A DNA stretch of 64,000 nucleotides, taken from NCBI RefSeq assembly GCF_009914755.1, contig NC_060935.1; one strand, given 5' to 3'. A program made the translations under genes and the position numbers. Under the pieces are notes generated by a model. That model was not told the origin of the DNA. It did not search any database and saw nothing but the letters and a program-made list of their open reading frames with translations. The DNA is from the human T2T-CHM13v2.0 reference genome, Homo sapiens. Of the stretch, positions 14,983 to 26,089 are shown piece by piece. The number at the start of each line of letters is the position of its first letter. Position 1 is the first letter of the stretch.

Positions 14983-17817
14983 CAAGGCTGAGAATCATCA
15001 CCTTTCAGGGTGATGGTTGTGAGGACTGATTCAGCCACTATGTGAAGTCGGTCTGACCCACAGTGTGTCTCTCCTACACCCCAGTTGCTACTGGGGTTCT
15101 CAGGGACACAGGATGATCCACTTCCCTGCCCCCATGCCACTGCCTGTTCTCCTCGTTAGGGATACTTGACCCTGCCAGAAGGTCCAGCCCATGTGGAAGG
15201 GCATCATGCCCACAGTGGCCGTACCCAGAGGCCCTCTTCTCCTCAATACCCCTTGGTCCCCCAACCCTGAATCACAAGCTGGCTCTGGGCCAGCTGGCCT
15301 GCTGGTGATCTGCCTTGGCTCCAGCATGGGTGGCTTGGCTCCAGCAAGAGCTTAAAGGTTCTTCATTGTGTTTTCTGCTTCAGTGTAACCATCTGGGAAT
15401 TGGAAGAAGAGGGAAAAATAAATACAATGTTCCCCCACTTCTACCTTCTCTGCCTCCCCCCATGGCTGGGTACAAGGCTGTGTACTGTCCAGCATTGTCT
15501 TGGGCCTCAGGAAAGCTCCCCCCAGAGGTCCCCTGCATGGTGTCCCGTGGGATGGGAGTCATCTGCTGCACCTCCACCATTCCTCCATCTGTCTCCCTCT
15601 TTTTGTGCCCTTTCCTGGCTCAGCCTCTCCTGCCTGTCAAGTTCAACAGCTCCTCAGCACTTACCATGTGCCTGGGCAGAGCACTGGGAGCACAGAGATG
15701 ATGTGAGCAAGGGCTCTGCCCTCCAAGTGCTCATTGTATAGCACTGAGAATATAGACTGCAGCATACACAGCCTGAACCAGACTCTCTTCAGTAACCTTG
15801 GATCAACTACTTAACCTGAGGGTCCACCTCTGTATTTAAAACTTGTTGTCCCAGCTACCTGGGAGGCTGAGGGCCAAGGTACCCACATTTCAGGACCATT
15901 GTGAGAATTAAACATAATCCTGTATGCAAAGCTCTCAACTCAGTGCACTGCACACAGTGGGTGCTCAATCGCATCTGCCTGCCTTCCCTCCCTCCCTCTT
16001 TCCCTCTTTCCTTTTAGCCAGTTGCCTCTTCCAGAGGAGAAGGTCTGAAGGTCTGAACAGGGTCTATGGGCAGAGGTGGAGCCCTGCCCCTAGCAGGGCT
16101 GGGGCAGTGTCAGGTGGGCCTGTGTGGGGCCAAGCCAATGCTGGGCAGTCAGGGGTGATGACCAACCAGGGCTCTGCCTGCCAGATGCTTTCTTTCGGAA
16201 GTAGACTCAGTCCTCTGACCTCCTTTCCTCTCTCCCAGTGGCTAATTAGTGCCGATTGTGGGCTCCTTTTTAGCCTTTCCTTTTCTGAACTTCCAACTGG
16301 CTTCTTTTTCCCTTCCCCAGGGCAGGGATGGGGACACACTGGCAGGGCAAAGCTAAGGCCCCAACCACAGCCAGTCCTTGTGCTAAGAACAGGGTGAGAG
16401 CTGCCTATCCTGGCTGAGCTGTGGGGGCTGCTGAGACCCAGAGTTTGGGGTTGCCCCAAGGGAACTTCTTGCCTACACAACCTGCTTTTCATCCATCTGT
16501 TCTGAGGTTCATGTCCTATGTCCAGGAATATGTGGGACAGCCAATAATCAATGTACTGGCCAGGCTTCAAGGTCTTCTTGCACACTCACAGCCTTCCGGT
16601 GAGTGATGAGCTCATAGAGATCCCCAGGGGTATTATACCCGTATGGGGTTGGGGGAAGCTATCCCAACCCAACCTGGGGCTAAATGCTTTTTCTATCACT
16701 CTGAAACGCAGTCAGGGAAATCCAGTGACCTAGAACCAGACCCACTGGGGGAAGCCAAGAATAGGTCATCCTGGTAAATAGCCAACATGAGGCTGGGAAG
16801 GGAGACGTTCTGGGGTGGCGGAAGCCCCTAGTTCTGGAGGTACGGGCTAGTGGCAATAGATGATCTGTCTGCAGAGTGGAATCTCTTGGGGCTCCATCAT
16901 GAACCCGGAGCTCCAGTGCTGCAGTGGCAGGAAATTAATTGACAGTCATTCATATGAGTCCCAGGACCAAGGGTTAGCAGCAAGGGGGTTGAGACCCAAG
17001 ATGGGACTCAGACATCTTCAATCACTAGGAAAGGACTGCAAGTGCCATGAAATGGAGATGCTCCAGCAGGAAAGAGAGGAGAACTGCGGCAGCTGAAGCT
17101 AGGCAGGGCTGTCACTTCCAAAGAAGCACAGATCAATGGAAATGGGAGGCCTGTCAGAGCAATGTCTTATAGCAGCTCTGAGCAGAAGCAGAAAAGGAAA
17201 GAGACTAAGTGGGGGAGGGGGCAAAGGAGGCATCAGGATGGCTTCCTGGAAAAAGAGTGTCACTACAAAGGTCAGAAAAGCTTGTGTCAAAGATTCGGGA
17301 GGTGAACTGGAGGTGAGCTCACCGAAGGTTCCAGAGGTGAGCTCCAGGGCCCGCACTGTGGATAGCTCTACATTCTAGGTGGGTGCTGGGCAGGGGGTGA
17401 TTCTGGAATTACTCGGTGCCAAGGTGTCCTCCATGCACCAGCTCCAGCAAGTGGGAGGCTGCCACATGTTCTCATCACGCCTTCTCACCTGGAGTCAGAG
17501 CCTGCTGCCTGATGGTCCCTCTGTTAATGGCTTCCAGATGTGTCCTTGGGCCCCTGGAGGGAGACTTCCTGGAGGACACACCCCCTCCTACCCAAGCCTC
17601 ACCCCTCTGATCACCTTCAGTCACAGAGCCTGGTGAAGGCCATGGTGCACTACTGCAGTATCACATTGTAGATGAGAGGGGCACGGAAGGTCAGACTGCC
17701 CGCTTCTGTGATTGGCTACTGACCTCTGAGCCCCTCATCACTGTTATTTCTGGCTCCTAGGTATCTTCAGTGCATAGGATCCAGCTGGTAACATGAAAGT
17801 TGTCCATTGGAGTATGA

Positions 17818-18219
<402 letters not shown>

Positions 18220-18714
18220 CTAGTGTGTCTGTGCCTGTTGGTTTCTGATTGTGGGCCTGTTCCTTTCTGCATCTCTGTAACTCTCTCTCTGTTTTTGTAA
18301 TGACTTGATTCTATTTCTGAAGCTATGTGTCCATGTGTTTCTCTATTTCACAGCAAAACTTTTCTTGACTATAACCACAAATTCCATCAGTGCTTATTGT
18401 CTAATAAATGGAAGTCCAATATTGCCCTTCCTGCTTCACATCCCTAAGGCGTAAAATTTTCATTCCAGAGTTATTTCCAGCCTAGATAGGGGGAATCTGA
18501 TTCATGTTCTGCTGGGGATGACTTGTACCCAAGAAGGCAGGAGGCTTGTAACTGATGAACTGCAAATAGCAGGGGTGCCAGAATCACTCCTGCATGGCTT
18601 GGAGCAGACCCCAAGGCTCAGACACTTTGCAGTCACCGGGTCCATCTCCCAGTATTCTCCTGGTCCAGGCTAATGTGTAAGGGAGTGTGTGCTCCTGGAT
18701 CTGAGTTTTACCAG

Positions 18715-18850
18715 CCACCAGCTTCATTCATCACCATCCGTGCTATCATCACCATTATCACCCCCACTCTCCCACCACCAACACCACCACTATTACCATC
18801 ACCATTACTAACACTACAACTATTATACCACAATCTCTGTCACCATCAAC
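18715..18850. repeat. Degenerate (CAC/CAT)n tract
   Basis: accaccac/atcacc repeats. Confidence 0.65.
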
Positions 18851-19462
18851 ACCTCTGTTCCATTACTAATGTCAGAGATTTGTAGTTGCTTTTCAATAGC
18901 TATTTCTTCTTCCTCCTCAGTAATAAGGACCATAACGTTTTGCTGGACACATTATCTTACTTAGCCTCTTGAAGCTAGTTAGGTGTGCTTATGTAAGTGA
19001 AAGTGTTGAATGAAAGTATAGAAAGTGCCAATAAAGGAAAGGGGGTACCCTTATTTATAGCTTTCCTCCATCTGCTATCTGATGTGATGGCTGGTGCTCT
19101 AGCAGCCATTTGGACCATGGCAATGAGAACTATAGGGAAGGCAGAGTGGGAGGCTAGAAGGATGTGAGGTACTCATGACTATGGAGAGACCATTCAGACT
19201 CTGGGCTACATCTGGACCTTCTTTTATGAGAAGAAAAGAAACTGAACTTCTATTTCTCTATCATTTAAGAAATTCATGTGGGCATCCTGACGCATATAGT
19301 TGAAACTAATCCTAATTAATATGCATCATCATCACCACATATTATTTTGCATTTAATAGTCCAGGCTAATGATCTGTATATGGGGGAGGGTGAAACAATG
19401 GAATGTGGGGAATGTGGGAAGTGGCCAGTCTGATGCAGTCACTGGCAAGAAGGAAAAAGACA

Positions 19463-19483
19463 TTCAGGACCACGGACAGATCC
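19463..19483 (+). promoter_or_regulatory. REST/NRSF RE1 element
   Basis: TTCAGgACCACGGACAGatCC, 18/21 to TTCAGCACCACGGACAGCGCC. Confidence 0.7.
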
Positions 19484-19980
19484 AGGACTGCCAGTTGTGA
19501 GGCAACAGGGCAGGAAGAAATGAGAAGTGTGGTTGGTGGTGCCAGTTGTTGTCCTCAAGATATGTTCTGGCCAGACACTGTGCTAGGAACTGGGATGAAT
19601 ACTAAGATAAATTTCCACAAAGTCCACATTTGGCTCCCAGGACCAGAGCAAGCAGATCGATATAGGAAGGCTTCCTAGAGAAAGGGACTGAGAAGCCAGC
19701 TGAGGGGTGGAACCAGAAGACTGTGACAGAATGGGCACAACGCTAAAGAATAAGAGACACCTGTGGGTGGGGAGAGGGCTCAACGTTGAAAGATGAGTGG
19801 TCACCTGGTCTGACAGTGAAAGGAGAGGGTACCATTGGGTGGGAGTTAAGGCGTTTTCAGGACTCTTCTGTTTCTTGGATTCTACATCAGTGGTTCCAGT
19901 TTCTGGTCCTGGGGTTCCACGATGCTGTGACTGTCAGGGCATATTGGATCTATGACCAAGATTCTACAATGATGAGGTTC

Positions 19981-20420
19981 TGCATCCGTTATCTACTGCT
20001 GTGTAACAAACCACCCCAAAACTTAGTGACTTAAAACAACCACCATTTTATTTGTTCACAATTCTGTGAGTCAGAAATTTGGGCTCGGGTCAGCTGAGTA
20101 GTTCTGTTGGTCTTATCTGGGGTCACTCAGGTGGCTGGAGGCAGGCAGAAGACCATCAGGGAGCTGGTTCATCTCCAGCTGGGATGGTTTACTTCTGGTC
20201 TCTTCCTCTAAAAGGCATGCTTGTGTTCCTACACATGGCAGTTTCAGGGGAGCAAGAAGAGGTGAATCCCAATGCACAAGCACTTTTTAAGACTCTCCTT
20301 GCATCACATTTGCTGACGTCTCATTAACCAGAGGAAGTCACACGGCCAACCCAAAGTCAGTATGGGGTGGGACAACATAAAAGTATGGACTCAGATACGC
20401 AGAATTCATTTGGGACCATC
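19981..20420. mobile_element. MLT1-type MaLR LTR
   Basis: ctgtgtaacaaaccaccccaaaacttagtgacttaaaacaac...acctaccaca typical of MLT1. Confidence 0.7.
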
Positions 20421-22156
20421 AATATTAACAACCTACCACAAGCTCTAAGTGTCTCATTCACCACCACCATACTACCAATACCATAAGTCTTTGTTCTAAT
20501 TCAGAGACCACAGTTCTATGGCTCTCTGAGTCTGTGGTTCTTAGCAGTCAATGTTTTGATTCCAAGATTCTGTGATTCTAGAAGCAGAAGGCTCAGTACA
20601 TTGAAGAAGAGCATGAGGACCCAAGAGGAGGCTAAAGAAGTTGGGCAAACAAAGGTCACCCCTACAGAACCAGCTGCCTCTCCCATGCTCACCCCTCAGG
20701 CCCCAACTTCCTGCCTGAATCAGGGAAGTGGCATGAACACGGAGTTGGGAATCAGAAAACCTAGATTATAGGCCCTGTTCCATCATTAATCTGGGATGAC
20801 CCCAAGCACAGCTCTTAACCTCCCAGTGTTCTCATATAGCCAACAGAGATATCAATCCCTGTCTTCTGAATAATGCAGAACAGTGGCAAAACCAGGAGAA
20901 CTGGGCCCACTAACTTCCATGATCAGGATCCTGGGCCTGGGCACAGCTGAGGAAGAGGGTTTTGCTCCCACCTCATTAAACTGCATCCACAGTGGTAGAG
21001 ACCTTGGGTTTTAAGAGAACCAAGACAGGTTATTGCCCTTGGTCTGTCCCAACCTCTACTGGCAAAAGCAAGAAATAATGAAAGGGGAGGGGAGTGGAGG
21101 GGAGGGAAGGGAAGACAAGGGAAGGGAAGGGAAGGCACCCAACTCTGCTCCTTTCCCTTTCCCCTCTCCCCTACCCACTCCTGTCCCTGACTCAACAGAG
21201 TGGAATCCTAGGGGTCAGACCTTAGCTGGCCTTTAGCCTCAGTCGGCTCTGCCCTTTAGCCTTTCCTTGAAGAGGAGTGGAGAAACAGAGGCTTCATTAG
21301 GGAAGGAGACCTAGGCCAGCACAGCAAATCATAACATTACACAGCCAAGGGGGACCAACAACAACCCACTGGCCGAACCACCTTGCAGCACAGATGAGGA
21401 AACAGAAGCCCAGGGAGGGACAGGGACCCACCTGCCCACAGCCACACAGCCAGCCAACAGCAGACAAAGACCAAAAGTCAAGTGGGATCTCTCTCCTTTT
21501 CTAAATGTCCATTTCCCATTCTAAACTGGGACAACAAACCCAGCCTGCCACCACTTAGAAACTGTAAAGCAAGGTACAGATGTAGTAAGGAGTCATCTTT
21601 TCCAATGGTCTGAGAGTTGGGGGTTGGGGGGAAGACTGAGGTGGGGGTAAGAACATTTAGGACTTTCGGAGGACGCATCCAGCTCATTTATTCTAGCCTT
21701 TCCCCAGAGGCCCAGGCCACAGAGCGGAGGAGGAGGGTATTAAATATCAGAGAGTTATTTAAAAGCCAGTTGCCTGCCCCTCAGAAGCAGCGCTGGCCTC
21801 TGCTGACTCAACGGAGAAAATGAATCTTGGGCCTATGGATTTTCCTGTGTCTCACAGCAGTGGGGGAGGGGAGGGGGAGTGAGAAATGGGAATGGCAAGG
21901 CCCACAGTGAAGTCTCCCGTCCCTGCTGGCAAGGAAGCCAAGCAAGAGGAGAGAAGCTGGGGCCTCCCCCACTACCTCGTGGCTGAGTTCATCACGTCAG
22001 GCCGCCTGCTGCTCCTCCATTTGCCTTGGAGGAGGGGGGAACAGAGGGATGGGAAGGCAGCAGGAGGGCTGCTGGGACAGAGGACAAAGGGAGCCTGGAT
22101 CTCAGGATGCTACAGCATCCGCTCCAGAAGGACCCCAGACCACCCCTACCACTTTC

Positions 22157-22348
22157 TTCCTCAGCCCCCCTGAGTAGCTGGGACTACAGGTGCCCACCAC
22201 CACGCCCGGCTAATTCTTTTTTGTATTTTTAGTAGAGACGGGGTTTCACCATGTTCGCCAGGATGGCCTCAATCTCCTGACCTTGTGATCTGCCCACCTC
22301 GGCCTCCCAAAGTTCTGGGATTACAGGCATGAGGCACCACACCCAGCC
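22157..22348 (-). mobile_element. Partial Alu
   Basis: Reverse Alu lacking its 3' part. Confidence 0.85.
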
Positions 22349-25300
22349 ACCCCTACCACTTTCTAGTCGGGCAACCAAGGCCTTAATTGGGGTGGTACCA
22401 AGTTCAAGGTCATATATTGAGAAGGTGGGGGCACCAACTTGGGCAAATCCCAGTATGACCTTCCCCTCCCTGACCCCCATCCCTAAAATGCCAAGGGGCA
22501 CAAGACTACTAGGCCCCCCAGGACCATCCCATCCACACACACTTTTTTGCAGACAGGGAAACTGAGGTGTGTCCAAGGACTTTAATAATATTGACACACC
22601 TCTGATGACAAAACAGAGCTGGAGAAGGGGCTACCTGCTGGGTGATCTCAGGGACGTCATCACACTCTGTGCTCCCTACCAAGGCTTAGTGGAGCTGATC
22701 AACAGCAGGGTCTGTGCCAGCAGAAAAGGCCCAGCGAAGGCACTAGAGGCTCAGGTAGAGACAACACCTTGGAATACTAAGAGAAGGGCTCTGGGACCTA
22801 GTGGAGTAATAAATTCAAGCAAGCGTGAAGATCCAGTGTGGCTGACATGAGGGGTACTCATCTGGGCAAAGGGCAGATGATCACTCTGCTTGGGTGGCGA
22901 GGGGTGCCTCGCTTCTTCCGAGTCCTAAGGAAACCCTGAGGGCGTGAGCTCTTTGCCCACAGGCTCCCCTGGGATCTGACCCAGCCACACTCCCAGGAGA
23001 GAGGGATCCTAGGATGAGGGGGGGCTGCGGCAAAGGAGATGGGCAAGAAACCCGAGCTTCTATCTGGCTCAGGTCCCAGTCAGGTGTGCAACCTTGGGGA
23101 AAGCACTTAACATTTCTGAGCAGCTATCTCCTGGTATGAAGTGTAGATGAGGGGTCCTCACCGAGCTTGCCTCATAGGGATGAGAGGCTCGAGTCACAGA
23201 TTTTTAAATCATTATTTCAGTCAGCAAATATTCCCTGGTGCCTTCTCTGTACTGATCCCTAAGAAATTAGACCAGACCTGAGCCCTAGCTGCTGACAGTC
23301 AAGAAGATCAGGGGAGTCTTAGCCCTCTAATTGATCAGTGAAGTTCAAAGGATGGAGAGGGAAGCCATGAGGGCTCCCTGAAGGGGGCAAAACTCACAAG
23401 TCCTGAGGGACAGCTGACTGGACTGGAGAAACAGAATCAAGAGGAGAGCACCCCAGCTGGGGCAAACAGTCCAAGAAAAGAGACTTCCACCAGATGCATC
23501 AGAGAATAAACACACAGCCTCAGACTCAAGTGGACACACATTTATTGAACACTTAATGCATACTGAACACTGGCAAATCTAAGATGGAGAGCGCTGTTCC
23601 TCCAAAGAACAGAGATCCCTCAGCCCCAATGGCTCGCAGACTTGATTCCTTGGGGAACTTGGACAGAGAGAAATTGGTTCCAGGAGAATTTAGACGGGAA
23701 GCACCTTTACAAAGTGGGAAGAGAGGAGAGGAGGCTGAGTAGAGGCCATACAGAGAGACAAGCAGAGACTCATTAACATCCACCACAAATCTGCTGTGTT
23801 GGAGAAGGAAAGAACATGGAACAGGGAAAAATGACATGGGAGCTAATTAGTCCCAGAGAGGGGCAATGCCTTACCCAGGGTCTGGCAGGACGGGTGCTAG
23901 GCCCCCAGACCCAGGTGAAATGTTTTTTCTTGTTTTGAGGCACTTTCAACTCACTTTATCATAACAGCCCTGAGAGGAATAGGAAGAACAGGAATTTAAA
24001 GCCTATCTACCTTATAGAAGAGGAAGGTGACAGCCCAAGATTGAGAAAGGCCTGAGGTCACACCAGATCAACCATGGCATCCATTCCCAGCCTCAGCTTC
24101 TTGGGGTCAGGATAAGCATTCCTTGTGGTGCAGGACCCTCTCAGATGCAGCCCACCATCTTGGACAGAGTCCTGGGCAAGGACCCTGGGGTCAGGTTTCT
24201 AGGCTAAACTCTGAAAACTTGACAGGGGCCTTGGGGCCCCTCTGGCCTATTTCCCCATTTGTGCAAAACAGACGACATTTGCCTTATTCTCTGGCACCTG
24301 ATGATTCTAAATTCTCTCCAGGCCTCATTTCCCCAAATGAGGTGTTGAGCACCCCCCCAATCAAGGCTGCCTGTGGTCCTGCAGCTCCTTTCCTGGGGGG
24401 CAGCAGGGGAGGGGGGCATCAGCCAATCTGAGGCCAGCCACCACCGGGGCCTGGGGAAGGAGTTCCAGCCTTGGTAGTGGTCTGATTCCTCAGGGCCTGG
24501 AAGCAGACAAGGAAACAGAGACTTCTGTTCATTCAGTCTGTCATTTGCACCACACACTCTCCTGAGATAGTCTCTATACTGGAAACAGAAAAGTGAAAAC
24601 GACCTAGTGCCTCCTACCAGGGGAGATGTCAGAGCTGGGGCATGTTGCTGTGTGGGCCGGGGTTTAGGGGAGGGCTATAGCTGGGGGCCCAGCCCCAGTG
24701 GCATCTACTTGAGCACGTGTGCCCATGTGAGAAAAGACATCACCAGCCTGTTACCTCCACAGACCAAGGGCATGGTGCAGGGCAGGAGGAGTAGGGTCTG
24801 ACTGTGCTAGCCAATCGCTGGGTCCCTATGCTTGGCATGGCTTAAGCATGGGCCTGTAAGCTTGCCCTCTGAGAATGTATCCACGAACCTGCATGGGCTC
24901 AGAAGTGTGCATATTCAAATATGTATGTCTTTATGAATTTATGGACACATGCCAGGACGCACTCAAACCTACGATCCTATGTCCACATATGAATGAGTCT
25001 GCATGGACTTGCATGAGACACATCTGAGCTCTCATACCTGGGAGAGTTAAGACAGGGGGTAGGGAAGAGAGAGGGGCTTGGAGGAGGGGAGAGCTGGGAG
25101 ACCCCCATCATCACCAGCTCTGTTCCTTAATGTTGGTCCTTGCCCAAGACCCAGGCCACTGCAGGGTCTGCCTCTTCTCCTTAAGTGGTATTGATCCTTT
25201 GGTCGATCTGTTAAATATAACCTCAGGGAAGGAGTCAACATAACAACCGTACCCAATTCAGGAGAAAGAGACTGATTCTTGGGAGGAGGTGGGGAGCCTC

Positions 25301-26089
25301 TATTCCAACCAGCTCTGCTGATACCCGAATGGCCTGCGGATCAAGTGTCAGCCTCTCCAGCCTGAATAATTCATGCTAAGGCCAGGAATCCTCCCTTCTC
25401 AGGAGCCTGTCTCTTTAAATCAGGTTTAGAGCTTCCCAGTTCTGGGGGAAAAAAAATCCAGAACAAAACAAATCTGTAAACAGCTCAGCCCCCCCACCCT
25501 CAGCCCTGGCCCCTTCTGAGACCCCCAACTCCATGCTGCAAAATCTGCTCCTGCTCTCCCAACCTCTGGTGCCCCAAACCCCACTCACAGGCGGAGAAGC
25601 CTGGAGGGACTAGTTGACAGTGTCCAACGGAACCCCAGGAGTCTTAAGAGGTTTGGGGGCAGGGAGTGAAAGCAAAGAGCAGAATCACTACACCCCCGGG
25701 TCTCTGTGCCTAGGACAGTGCTTGGCAGAGAAGCCCAGCCCGGTGGAGGAAACCACACGGGGGAACTCCTGGCAGAGGCAGAGCAGCCAGAGTTGGTGGG
25801 TGGGAGGGGAGCGGGTGCCACAGACTTCTCCTGAGAATGGGATGGGATGGGATGGAGAAAAAGCTGGTCCCATAGGACCTGCAGGGGTGGTGACACAGCC
25901 AGGTCTAATGGAACTAGGGTCGCAGAGGAGGAAGCAGAGACTGGGGATTTTCCAGTCTCTCTGCCTTAGGAAGAGGCCGGAAAATGAGTAACTTTCTCAG
26001 CCCACCCCTCATCCCTTCCTCCGGTAGTAGGAGCAGCTCTAAAGTCCTCCCCAACCCCCGAATTCTCCCTGGTGGTGACCCACCTGCCT

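Noticed and set aside
17349-17369. Weak RE1-like GCCCGCACTGTGGATAGCTCT
   Set aside because: Mismatches in both half-site cores
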